Part shown: positions 45,073 through 57,150 of the stretch, piece by piece
Position numbering within the stretch: position 1 is the first letter of the stretch
Layout of the letters: each line of letters begins with the position of its first letter
Assembly: GCF_011745625.1 (NCBI RefSeq)
Contig: NW_027191480.1
Span: forward strand, 124,001 to 188,000
Source: Cladosporium halotolerans
Lineage: Eukaryota
Direction: 5' to 3'
Length of the DNA stretch: 64,000 nucleotides
Notes under the pieces: generated by a model
What the model saw: the letters and a program-made list of their open reading frames with translations, nothing else
Database searches by the model: none
What the model was told of the DNA's origin: nothing
Translations under genes and position numbers: made by a program

Positions 45073-46588
45073 TTACCGGTCTTGTTCATTGTTGCTCTCC
45101 CGCACTGTCGGGGGGAACTCCAACGGTCCTCGTGGCTCGATAGGTGTAGCTTCGGTCATACGTATACTCGGCAGTCGTCCTATAGCTGGGAGCATAGGAG
45201 CACCACTGGCAGAGACAGGTCGCTGACCTTCAGGCTCGCTGGGCTGAAGTCTTTGGCTTTCGGGGTCGGCGGTTTGTGGCCGCTGGAAGCTTGTGACTCC
45301 TTGCTCTACAGGCGAGGTGTATGGGGGAGCCTCTTGGAATCCTTCGTCGTAGGCAGGTGGCTGATATGCTGGAATCCTCGATTCGCCAACGTCCGCGGTA
45401 TCCAAGGTCAATGGCCCAGCAGCGCTGTTCGTTCGACTGCGGTTTCCCAAAGGCGTATGTGAGCCCGACGGGTCCCTTGAGTGCGTCCTGCTCATGTTCA
45501 CGACTTCAAAATCATTTCCAGCACGGCCAAACGGAGGTAGGTCCATCTCCGTATCTGAAATATCAGAGCCAGTCATGACAGACAAAGCCGAGCTGCTTGA
45601 TCGGCCTCTCTGATGTACGCTCAACGAGTCACCAGTCATGGGCCTGATCGTGCTCTCTGACATGCTAGCCGCGGAATCCAGCAAAGGCCTGTGATCCGAG
45701 TCTGAGGAGTTTGCACGCAGTCTGGTGCCGTCGTGTCGTGCCACACCAAGGTCCGCGTATGAGACGCTGCTGACTCTTCGCTCCTGAGGGTTTGCCCGAT
45801 GTTCCGCAATCATGGCAGCTGCAGTGCCAATTCCTGCTCTTCGCTGCTCGGCTCTGAGAAGGCTCTCCTGCCGCATCGCTGCCAGTGCAGTGTAGTCCTG
45901 GCGCTGTCTTGCATCCCTCCTGGCCTCGCGCCTCGCTTCGCGGTCTACTATCTCTTGTCGCCGTTGCACCCTTATCTGGTATAGACTCTCCATTTCCTCT
46001 TCCCGTCGCGCTTCTTCTTCGTCCGCAGTCTCAGGCGCCTCCACCACTGTATCAATACCACCTCTTTCGCCTTCCCTTGCTAAAGAGCGTTCATTGTCTC
46101 TGACCGATTTCGAATACGCAGGCAAAGTCATGACCGACCGCACGCTGGTGTTGCGCTCAACAGTGCCCTGAGCTCCGCCGTCGCGCTCTGGATCACCAAT
46201 CTGCGCACTTGCCCTCTCGCTAGGGTTTTCGCTCCGCCTGTGCAGTGAAGGTCCAAACATTTGATCCTGCAGCTGAGACGAATAGTTTCCCTTGCTCCCG
46301 GTGAGTCCGGTGGGTGTCCAGCGTTTCCAGCGTTCCTTGAGATATTGTGTCGGGACATATTTCGGGTTCTCGTAGCGCACGCGGATCGATTTGAGGCAGA
46401 GGTATGTGAGGAAGGCTACGGATACGGCGATCGCGATGGACACAACGATCTTTCTAAGAGGTCAGCGCTTAAGAGATATAAAAGAGTGTGCACACTCTTA
46501 CCGCGGTGACTGTGGTGACTTTGCCCGTGCCATTGTCCTGTCGCGCGACGAGGCTACCATTTTGCGCCGCATCAGTTGGCAGCAACAT
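45073..46588 (-). CDS. Hypothetical single-pass membrane protein with large disordered cytosolic region (about 487 aa); intron 46450-46501
   Basis: TM IVVSIAIAVSVAFLTYLCL, then PKYVPT, SVRSVMTLPAY, RREEEMESLYQIR, PPAY/PPY motifs. First exon inferred. Confidence 0.75.
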
Positions 46589-48238
46589 GGCGACGACAGC
46601 TATGTGCCGTGGACGATGGTCAACTTCATCTGCTGTGAACCCGCAGCGCAGAAGCCTCTAGCAATTGATGAATCCTTGTGCGACCGTTTCTTTGTATGTT
46701 TCTCAGCGAGACTCGAGCAGGTAATGAGGCGGGTGGTTGTAAGACGATGTACCGGGTGTACGATAGCTGACGCGGCTGAGGGATCTCTCGCTGCCTTCTC
46801 CGCAGTGAAAGCTGACTCGGTGAAGTAATGATGAGCTGGATGGACGAAATAGGGCTAAAGGAATCTAAGGTCGTGAAAGTGCGAACGACTGAAGGGTTTC
46901 TGGGGAAGTGTTCGGTCTCGCCTGGAGCCGTGTTGCGATCCGTGGAGCGTGAAGACCGCCCGCGTGTTGGTGGTTGCGCCGTCCGTGCTAAAGATAGACC
47001 CCATGCCGCTCTCTGCGCCACCGTCGTTGCGACTTGATTGGGCTACAGCTTCGCTCCCTGCAAGCTCCATCCTGCATGCATCAAGCAATATCATCTGCCG
47101 CCGTTTCACCGGTAAAACATGTTGATGTGAGGCTGAATGAACGCCTCAATCACGCAGAGGCGTAGTTTCTGGCAATTCCATCTTGCGACCTTGCCATGAA
47201 TTCATACAAAATCCTGGAACAAGAAGACCCTATGAGGTCATAATTGACGACGAACCGCCCGCCCGTTCTCACCTACGATTGCATTGTCACCGCAATCCAA
47301 GCGAACGGCTGCTGATACAGACTTAGCAAATCGTGAGATAAATATCCGACCAAAAATTCCTTAGTCAGACTACTGCCTTTCCAATAACTTCATGGATTTT
47401 GAGAATGATATCTCTCGCGGGAGGTAGAGTGATCGAGTCCATCTCCCTGTCATTTTGGGGAGGGGTGTCTTCTCGACTAGGTACCACTGATGAGACCATC
47501 GTCCTACCATTGCCTCAGTTCTTCAAAACGCGAAAACTTTTCCAATATTACAGCATGATGTATTTGATATGGGACGTGCATGAGGCATGTATGACTACAC
47601 CCTGATATCGATTTGCAGATTGCAAATTGACTGATGCAAACGATCAGCCGGTGCCTTGATCTTGGTTTTGGTTTCACGGTCACGGTTGGTGTCGATCAAC
47701 TGTTTCGTCGATCATCACCAATTAGCTGTCTTGGAAATGGATCGAGCAATACCTATATACGAAGATCTCAGCGGGTATGCAAAGCAATATTAGTGCATCG
47801 TTGGAATGGGCATGCCAGGTCTGGCAATTGCCTCAAGCTTCGAAGCTAGTTAGTGTCAACAGGCGCCGCCAAGGAACCTTATATAATATCATTCGACACG
47901 TCTTGTGTCTTTATGTCTCATTTCAATGGATTCCGAAAAACGTCGGCCTGATTATGTAGACTTCACTCGTATGGCTTAGCAAGCGCCGCGCCCAGGCAAC
48001 GATGCAGCGTCCGTTTGCGCGCGCTTGTCCCACTTCTTCTGAGCCAGCTCTGTAGGTGAACCAACGCGCTCACAACAACACCCTCTTCATCCACCACTCC
48101 CTGACGCGCTCTTCCTCGTTTGCCTTCCAAAACTGCAGAGCAATCATCATTACCTGGCGGCGCGTTTCAACCCACATCATTCGCCAATCTGACCCGCCGA
48201 AACATACTTGACCAAGTTATCTCACTACAGCAGCCGCT

Positions 48239-50205
48239 ATGGGGCGCCTGGCGGGTTTGCCAGAAGAACTCATCTCCAACATCGCGTGCAAGCTTGGGAG
48301 CGACGACAAATGCGCTCTTCGCTTGACGTGCCGTGCGCTCGAGGAGAAATCGCACCATGAGTTTGCGACCGAACACTTCTCTGCCAAATGCGTTCACTTC
48401 ACCACCGACAGCCTGAAGTCGCTCGTCGATATCTCGCACTCGAGGCTTTGCAAGTATGTCAGGAAGGTCTACATCATCACCGCTCTATTTGCAGAATCGA
48501 CGAATGTCTGCTCTAACCATCCTTCCGCTCACTGGCATCCTTCCACGCGCGAGAAAGAGGCCTACAAGTTCTACGTTCAGGATCAGGTTGACCTTTGCCG
48601 GTCCAAGAACGACGAGGAGATGCTCAAGGAGGCTTTCATGTCGTTGCATTCGCTAGAGGCTCTTATCCTGATCGATAGCGAGCTCTCACTTCCGCACGAT
48701 GTCGACTATCGAGGCAGCAATAAAGTGAAGCGTCTGACAGGCATGTATCCATTGTGAAATGACCTGATAGTCCATCGCTAACGTGAACTCTTATAGGCAA
48801 CAAACCTATCGGTGGCCTTGACTGCAGTGAAAGATCTAAGCTTCAGGGCTTCCGCGACCACCTTGAACACATTTGCACGACAATGCTGAGCGCTCTTGCT
48901 GGCGCTGGCGCTGAACAGTCTCTACCTCTCCGCAGCTTGAAGACCAAGTGCATGACTAGCAGAAGCTTTTTAAACCCAGCACGTTTCACTCTGCCCAAGT
49001 CTGCTCTCCGGGGGCTGCGAAGCGTCGCAAAAAATGTCACACGTCTTCAGCTTCAGTTCAGGACCCCGGAAGCCGGCGCTCGCCATCGCGACGCCCTATT
49101 CACCTTTGCAGCCTGCTTCTCCAACCTCAAAGATCTCGCCCTGGAATTCGACTACATGCAGCGGAGCGGATTTATCTATCAGCGGCTCACCAAGCGGATG
49201 GACTTTTCCCACCTCGAATCGCTCAGCCTGAAGCGCCTCTCGACCAGTGCATCGCTACTGATCGACATGGTGCTTCGCGCGGAGAATGTACAGGAGTTGA
49301 GATTGGATTCCATCAATATCAGTGAGGGAAGCTGGCCAAGCGTGCTGAAAGCTCTTGCCACGCTCGAGCATCTGGAGCATCTGCATCTCATGTATCTCAC
49401 CGAGGCGGGAAACAAGAGTTTCTTCCTCAAGCAAAGCGAGCTCATTGACGAACCTCCTCACCACGGGTTCATGGACTACCCAGTAGATGCCCTGTACGAC
49501 GACTGGACGGACGAAGACGAAGAAGACGATGACGACAGCGACGACGACCTCCCGGACCTACACCCAGTAGACGACGACACTCTACCGGAGTCCGAAGCTG
49601 GATACAGCACCGAAGCAGTGACTTCCCAAGCTGGCGAGCCGAGCAACGCCATTTCTAGCACTCCGCAAGACACGGACCAAACCCGCCGCGAAACCGAGAA
49701 CCTCCCAGACTACATCCCGCCCAACACCACCGTCGAGGAGTTTAACGGCGAGCGCGGCTTCTACATCTGCGTCGAAGGCCACGACTTGATCGCCAGGCGC
49801 CTCAAGACCTTCGCCGAGCAGTACAATGTCGGCGATAGCGCGAGCGAGCCCAACCACATCGGTAACGCGGCCTTGGCCGCGCTGCACGGCATGGTCGCCG
49901 TTCCTCAGGGGCCCGCGATGAACGCCCTCATTAACGCCATGGGAGGCCCACTGGGAGCGGGTCCGGTTCAGCACAACCATGCGCCTGCGCCTGTGCCTGC
50001 TCCTGCGCAGTCTGCAAATACTCCGACGACGACCGGTGCGGGCGGTATCAACATCCCAAGCACTAACGCTGGGAATGGTAGTGCTGCGCCCACTTTGACT
50101 GCCGGTGGTGCTTCCTCTGCCACGGCAGCCTCGGTTGGCATGACCGACGCATCGGCCAGCAACGACATGGGCTGGGAGATCGACTACGGAGACTGGGATG
50201 AATGA
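48239..50205 (+). CDS. F-box protein with LRR-like region and acidic/low-complexity tail (about 636 aa); GC-AG intron 48741-48796
   Basis: LAGLPEELISNIACKL...ALRLTCR F-box; LxxLxL repeats in exon 2. Confidence 0.8.
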
Positions 50206-50578
50206 GAGCGACGCTCTGAATGATGGCACTGACGAGGCGCGGAACGAGAAGAGAACCTTGCTGAGGTTCGATACTGGCTGGTAGTCGATGACTTTCACGA
50301 AGCATGATTAATGTTAGCATGAGCACTAGCTTGAGATACCCAAACCAAAAATGCGAGCATGTTTAATTTCACTCCCTTTCCATCTATAGTAGGGTCGACC
50401 CTAGAGCAGCCTCGACTAGAAATTGCAAGAAAACATGAGGCAGTGACATTGAACACAACTTTTCCTCTGCTATACACATCCGCGAGCCGATCGGGCCCTG
50501 GGGAAAAGTAGTCTAGAATATGTTTACACAGCTGACAAAGGACACACCCTGCTTCCGACCACCAGTGCTCTATCGAAT

Positions 50579-52710
50579 CTACCGGACAGACAGACTCTGC
50601 AGACGGGCCTCGGCGGCGATCACCTGTGGAGATATTGTCAGTAAATTGCACTGGAGTTCTTGTTGAGCCTGGATCATGGGGAACACTCACATCAACAGCC
50701 TGCCTGACCTCCAAAACCCTCCTAGTCTCCGCGACCCAATCGCGGCTGAGCACGCCGGCCCAGCCCTTGAGGCCGTTCATCTCACGAGCCGCGCTCTCCA
50801 GATCACCCTCCTCGAGCAGGACTTCCGTCCTGGCGAGAGTGGCTTCCACGTCGTCACCGTTGGGAAGACCGCGCTCGCCCTTCTTGGTGAACATCATTTT
50901 GCTCAGAACCGCGCTGGCAGCGTGCGAGGCAATACCGGCGTCCTCGGGCAGGAGCGAAGCCTTGCGGACCTCAGAAGCGACGCGACGGAAACGGTCAATC
51001 AGATTGGCAGGGCTGGGGATGCCGCGCTGGTAAGCGGCGGGGTTGATCGAGGCGATGGCGGCATTGACGACCTCGTTGCCCTTGCTGACTTCCTTCAGGG
51101 CGACGAGCTCGTTCAGGAAAGGCGTTGGGTGCTCGGAGTGAAGGACGGCGTTGCGGACTGACTCAAGGGCGACGTGGAGGTGCTGGGTGGCCAAGTTGGC
51201 GTCGACGACCTCGGTCCAGTCGCTGGAGAGCTTCTCGAGCTCGGCGACGGATGCAGAGAGCTCGTCGAGCTTGGAGAGACGACCGTCGCGCTCCTCCTCA
51301 ACCTTAGCCTTGACGGCGCCAGTGAAGTTCTTCTGCAGGCTGATCTCCTGCTCAAGAAGGGCGTTCTTGTTCTTCTCCTCGGCGACGCGGCGCGCGGCCT
51401 CGAGCTCAGCAGCAAGGCGCTGGCTGTACGAGATGCTGAGTCTTTCGCGCTCAGTCTCGTATTCATCGCGCCACCTGCTCTCGGTCTCGCGCATCTCCTG
51501 CTCCAGACGGCGCACAAGCTCCTTGGCCGCGCCATCGAACTCGGTGTGGGCGTTCTGGATCTGGGTCTGAGCCTCGTGGGTGGTAGTCTCCTTCAGCGTG
51601 GAGAGGGCACCGATGATCTTCTCCAGCTCGCTCTTGGCGTTGGAGACAGTAGAGCTCAGCTTGCCAGCCTCAGAGCTTGCGTTGACGGCGGTGATGATGT
51701 TGTTGACCATCTTGACCAGGTCCTGGACCACGGGCTCGGTGGCCTGAGCAACGTTGACGTGGTCAATCGTGGAGGATGTCGGCTTGGGCGCAGGAGCAGC
51801 CTCCTTCTTAGGGTTGTCCTTCTTCGCGCTCTCGACAGCTTTGACATTCTCCTTCTGGGTGGCCTGCTCAGGGACGCGCTGAGCAACCTCCGGCTGAGGC
51901 TTGTTCTCGCTCTTCGCACCCATGTGACGTCCCTTTGTGCCGAGATCGCTCTCCTCTGAAGCCTTAGCGGTCAGACCGCTGGCCTTGCCAATGGTGACCT
52001 TGTTTTCTCCGCGCATCTGAGGCCAGTTCTTGTTCTCGATCGGACGCGAAGGGAAGCGCTTGCGGAACTCGCGCTCCTCAAAGTAAGCCACAGCATCCTC
52101 GCCGCCGGGCACGTACTCAGTGAAGAAGTCGTGGAAGTTATCGCTGTTGAGCGCGTAGTAAACGCCACCAGTGTATCCGAGAACCGAAAGCACGACGAGA
52201 GTCAAGAGAAAACGGCGGAAACGGCCCTTGGACTTGGGCTTGCCGGTCGGGCCAGTGGCTGCGCTGCCGTGGCCGGTGGGCGGCAGGTTGCCGTGAGAGG
52301 GCGAGATTTTCGATGCATTTCCAGAAGGAGGAAGGTTGTTGGCTGCTGCTGCGATCTCTTTCTCGACGGCTGCGTCCGCCTCGGCCGGTGTGGGAGGAAC
52401 CCTGGGAAGGCCAGCAACCGGGATATCGGGCGTCGCGTTCGCGGTCGGAGGGGGAGAGATGGGGTCCTGCGGTACACCAGCGGTTTGATGGCTCGCGGAA
52501 CCAGGAAGGACGGTCTTATCGGGCGATCTTGCGTCGGCCAGTGTGCGCTGGGGAGGTTAATGTTAGCGGAGTGAGATAGCCGCGCGTGCGCAAAGGTCGA
52601 CGTACAATGAGCGGCTGGCGCAGGCGCTGCTGCTGCCATTGGCTCCTGGCGGATCTCTGGAGGCCCTGCTCAGAGGCTCTGGCGCCGCGAGCAATGGCTA
52701 GTCGCAGCAT
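50579..52710 (-). CDS. MIC60: MICOS subunit Mic60 (mitofilin/Fcj1), 668 aa; introns 52548-52605, 50624-50690
   Basis: Arg-rich presequence, TM, DNFHDFFTEYVP, coiled coil, mitofilin domain AREMNGLKGWAGVLSRDW...VIAAEARL. Confidence 0.93.
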
Positions 52711-53157
52711 GGTGTGTTGCTGTGCGGAGGTGCTGGTCGCGTGGTAAAAGCTACTTTCAATGAAGTTGCCCGCCAGCGTTCCTGAACAGCCATCGGCCGG
52801 CAATGGCCCGGGCGTTCCCGAGATCGTCCGCTGTCGAGAGCTGTTTTGCTGAGCCTCACGTCATTTGTTGAACGCGAAGTTGGGGCGAACATCAGCATAG
52901 AATTTCTACTGTGGCGTGCATTGATATATCTAAGGACGGCTCAAACTACGATTAGTCTGTCTGAACTCCGGCGAGCAGCGTCCAGGTGATGTACGGAAAG
53001 AACAATCATCGGACTTCTACAGTTTTCTTCACCCACCACAGTTGTATCTGCTATGAGAGACTTGTGCCATCCTAACCCGAGGTATTCATTCATTCATGTT
53101 GCATCATATAATTCGTCTTCTTGTCGAGACGTCATCCAGACGGCCTAACCAACGGAA

Positions 53158-54749
53158 CTACCATTTGCTGTCCAACTTCTTCAAGAACCTCCCAACTCCT
53201 TTCTCGACCTTATCCACCCTCTCATTGACTTTGTACTTTCCACTGAAAGAATCATGGCGCTGCTCTTGCTGTGCCTGAGGCCGTTTATTCTTGTCCGCCA
53301 GCTGCGCGTTGTTCTCAGCCTCCGTCGGTCTGTACAGCTGGTTGTGGACATCCCCGCCGTATCCACCGTGAGGTGTGTAAGCTCCTGGCTGCGCCTGCTG
53401 TGCTTGGTTGTATGAGTAGTTGCTGTATCCGGCGATCTGCGCGGCTTGCTGTTGAGACGACGCAGGTGGTGGTGGGAGTCCGGGAGATTGGAGTGGCGTA
53501 TGGTTGTTGTAGGAAGGAGGCGCGGAGGGGGTGGGGGGCTGCTGTTGGTTCGGGAAACCAGGAGACTGAGGTCCGAATGAGGCGAATTGCTGGACTGGGT
53601 GACCATATGATGACTGACGTTGGAAAGACGTTTGCGACGGCGGTGGAGAGGAGGGGTGTACAGTCTGGCTTGTCGGTGGCAGACCAAACGAGGGCGTGTA
53701 AGGCGCTGGCGAGTGTGCCGTCTGAGCTGGCGGCGGAGGTGGAGGGGGAAAGGACCCTGATTGCCCGTTCTGCATGCCGCCCAGCGGCGAACCGCCTGGT
53801 GGTCCAGGGAAGCTCGAGAGCGAGGACTGCCTCTGCTGAGGGGCAGGAGGTCCTGGGAAATAGGATTGCTGCGGGGTGTTCTGCATACTTTGATGAAACC
53901 CTTGAGGGACGGAGGCATACTGGGTGATGCCATGGCCATTGGAACCTTGCGCACCATTGACATCATCTGCGGGTGGCGGAGTTTTCTCTCGGTGAGCGAT
54001 AGGTTCCGGAGCACTCGGCGCTGCAGGGTTGTATGCCATCGGCGCAGGTTGCTGCTGCTGCGGTGGAGGAGATATGGCAACTCCACCAGAGGTCGCAGGC
54101 GTCGGCGGACCCGGAAACGATTGTGCGGAAGTGGTGCTCTCTGCTCTTGGATGAAAATGTGCACCGATCGCAGTCTTCTCTAACTGCTGGACCACCGGGC
54201 TCATGGAGTCGCGATGCTCAGCCAAATTCGACTGAGATGATGCGGGTGCACCCCGGATGTCTAGTCTCTCTGCAGGCATGACACTGTGCATATGCTTCAA
54301 GAATGTTGCGGCATCTTTCTCAGTCCAGAGATATAGGTCAATTGTGTGGATCCTGTAGACGTATCTCTGCTCGTTACGCTCGTCGTACGTACTCAAGTGC
54401 CACTCTTCCCTGCTGGTAATCAGAGAAGCATCCAGAGTGAGAGTGAATAAGGTTGGATGCTTGTACGAATATTGCAAGCTTTTGACCGCAGCCAGATACC
54501 CATGGAAGGCATCTTGATCCGGTGTCCCAGCGTGGTTCGCTATTTCGAGCTTCGCACGGTGCTCGGTGGGATTGTGGAAGACATATGCGTAGCTGCATCT
54601 TGACAACCGATGATGCACTGGCTTTGAAGACGGTTCGTTGAAGTAGTAGTGAACATCCGCGAAGCTACTCTTCATCAGTAAATTACGCCTCAAACTGCTT
54701 GATAGTCATACAGCGTAGTCAAGAGGTTCTCGCCCGGGGCGGCGGGCAT
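53158..54749 (-). CDS. Hypothetical fungal protein: folded N-terminal domain plus P/Q-rich region (514 aa); intron 54665-54711
   Basis: MPAAPGENLLTTL|FADVHYYF; AYNPAAP.APEPIAHREKTPPP; VHNQLYRPTEAE; ends VGRFLKKLDSKW. TATATAA at 54874-54880. Confidence 0.8.
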
Positions 54750-55451
54750 TTCGCAGTGGTGGTGCCTTGCAGTCAGACTCTTGTAGGCACAACTGGTCTC
54801 GTGGCATAGATCGATTCGGCGATAGTAAGCGCGTCGCGTGCAACCTCAATGACGGCCTTTGCGTACTCTCTGCTTATATAGCAAGCTGCCAGAGTAACCA
54901 ATTGGAGCGATGCGATTCTCACAGTGAACTCGGCCAGCAGGAGGAAAAGTAGCAGCATGGAGTGTAGACTTGAGGACGGGTTGAAATACCTACCATAATG
55001 CCGTCTCTCGGCGGAGCGCGAGCTCGGCCAGGCATGTGCGAGTGCGACCTGTCAGCCGCGCGACTATGTTTGAGTTGCAGCGCTTACAAGACCAATCAGC
55101 TGCGGAGAGAGACAAGGTGGGGGCGAGTGAGCTGAAGTTGAGATGAAGTGGGCGGCCTCTTTTGGTGCCTCAGGCCACAACTTCCCGGCGTCGTCCGCGG
55201 GATATGGCTTGGCTCCTCCGAGGAAAGTTGGGAGACGACGGTACTAGGTAGATCGACCGCATCCGGGGAGAGGCACGTGCGATCGCACTCTTTACCGCAC
55301 ATTGCTTCAGAGAAAGAGTCAGAAAGGGAGCAGCATCTGATCCGCTTTCGAGCAGCCTCCGCGCTACCTTATCCGACAATACGGCAACTGCATACTCCTC
55401 GAGGCGCGCAAAAGCCCGGACAAAGGCCATCGCGGCCACTCGACCACCGCC

Positions 55452-56225
55452 ATGTCTCTTGTCAACCTCTCCCACGTCTGCTCACACCTGCAGAATGCAT
55501 CTCTGGCTCGCCTCGGCTTGACATCAATACCCTACACCCGCATGCACCTCTCGCTATCGCTCCTGCTCCAGAAGCAGGGATTCTTCTCTGACGTTAAGCT
55601 TGGAGGCCCATCACCGCCCGCCTCCTGCTTTCCTCCCGGCCTCCGCGATGACAGCAGATACAGCGGCCACCCACATGCACGCTCGGTCGCCGTAGAAAAA
55701 GACCGCGAGACCGCGCTCAGCCGGATGGTCATGCAGCGCGCGACACCCGAGCAGCTACTTGCGGAAGGCTTTCACAAGGTGGACGTAGAATGGGCGTCTC
55801 TTTACGCTACTAGGACACCTACCCAGTTGCAAGAGGAGGGCGTGCCGGTCGAAGCTATGGGCCTCACCATTGAAAACCAACCTCTCGAACTCGCACCCGA
55901 GGAGTTCGCGGACCCTAATGACCTGGACACGGAGGGTGTTGTCACGCAAGCCAACCGCGCGTCAAGGCGGTTATGGCTTGGCTTGAGGTACTGGGATGGC
56001 ATGCCGGTCTTGCGCAAGGCACAGATGATCTCCAAGCCCACGAAGCGGATATGGCTGAACTCGAAAGAGCTGGGAATCGTTGTTCGCGGAGGGCGCGCGG
56101 GAGAAGTCAAGGGCATGAGGCAGATCGGTGAAATGATGGCTGTGAGCACCGACAGAGGTGTTCTGGAGGCTAGGGAATGCGCGGAGCGTAAGATCGGAGG
56201 TATGCCCTTGTGTCGCGTGTGGTAA
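55452..56225 (+). CDS. MRPS8: Mitochondrial ribosomal protein uS8m
   Basis: MSLVNLSHVCSHLQNAS, RRLWLGLRYW, ISKPTKRIWL, VSTDRGVLEAREC..RKIGG. Confidence 0.93.
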   Translation: MSLVNLSHVCSHLQNASLARLGLTSIPYTRMHLSLSLLLQKQGFFSDVKLGGPSPPASCFPPGLRDDSRYSGHPHARSVAVEKDRETALSRMVMQRATPEQLLAEGFHKVDVEWASLYATRTPTQLQEEGVPVEAMGLTIENQPLELAPEEFADPNDLDTEGVVTQANRASRRLWLGLRYWDGMPVLRKAQMISKPTKRIWLNSKELGIVVRGGRAGEVKGMRQIGEMMAVSTDRGVLEARECAERKIGGMPLCRVW

Positions 56226-57150
56226 AATAATTCATCTGCATGGGGGGATCTGCACGGGGGATGTTTGAGCATATCGGTCAAGCCGCCCGGCTTTCGGCAC
56301 GTATGAAGGGGCACGTGTAGCACCAAAGGCGAGATTTTGCCACGCTTCAGCCTTCCTTGGCTTCAGGATAGCGTGGACTGAGGCACGACCTGCTCGGCTT
56401 CAATTGGGGGCGCAGAGAAAAGAGGGAGCTCGCGTTCAACGAGGATGCCGGCTTTCCAACATGAGGTACTCATTGTCTGGACGTAACTTGTAGGATAGGT
56501 GTGTAAACAACAAAGCTCATCCTGTCGTTGACCGGACCGAGCAGAATATCACTATGAAACTACCTTTCACGGCAAGAAAGCGAATTGCAACTGGCCAGCC
56601 ACGTTCTCGCTTGTTGTGTGCTAAATCCAAGCAGCTTCCCGATTTCGCTAACCTCCACGCACAGATTGGGCTGGCAAGACTGATTGCAAATGCACGAACC
56701 CGACTGCGATTCACGTGCTTGGGCCTCGGTGCAAATGGTTTCGAGGTCCTCGGTCGAATGCGGGCCATGATGCTGGCAATTTTTTGGCCTAAGGACTCCG
56801 AGGGCGTAAGCTACATTGGAGGCAGCTGTGCTGATTCAACTTCGGCAGCCGTCCATTGGTAGCCTCAGCTTTGTAGCGGGCTGAGCATAGCGGCTGTGCT
56901 AGGAGCGGCCTAGCACTCGCCTGCGTCCATAACCATAAGTTTTCCAGGTTTACCAGCGTTTTTTCTTTCTTCTCTTATTGCGTCCCGGAGCTTCCTGGTT
57001 TGAGGTCTGTCTTTCACTGGTGCGGCGTTCCTGTGTCTGAAGGTCATGTTCTGGTCTTGGTTCGGGGACTGGAAGCTGTTGGAGAAACTGGACGTGCATC
57101 TCAGCTAATGCACTAGCCCCTGTAAGGAGTACGAATCCTCTTGTGGCGCC

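Noticed and set aside
46600..48200. Relatively AT-rich intergenic stretch considered as a transposon or RIP relic
   Set aside because: No terminal repeats, transposase/RT motifs or strong TpA excess visible.
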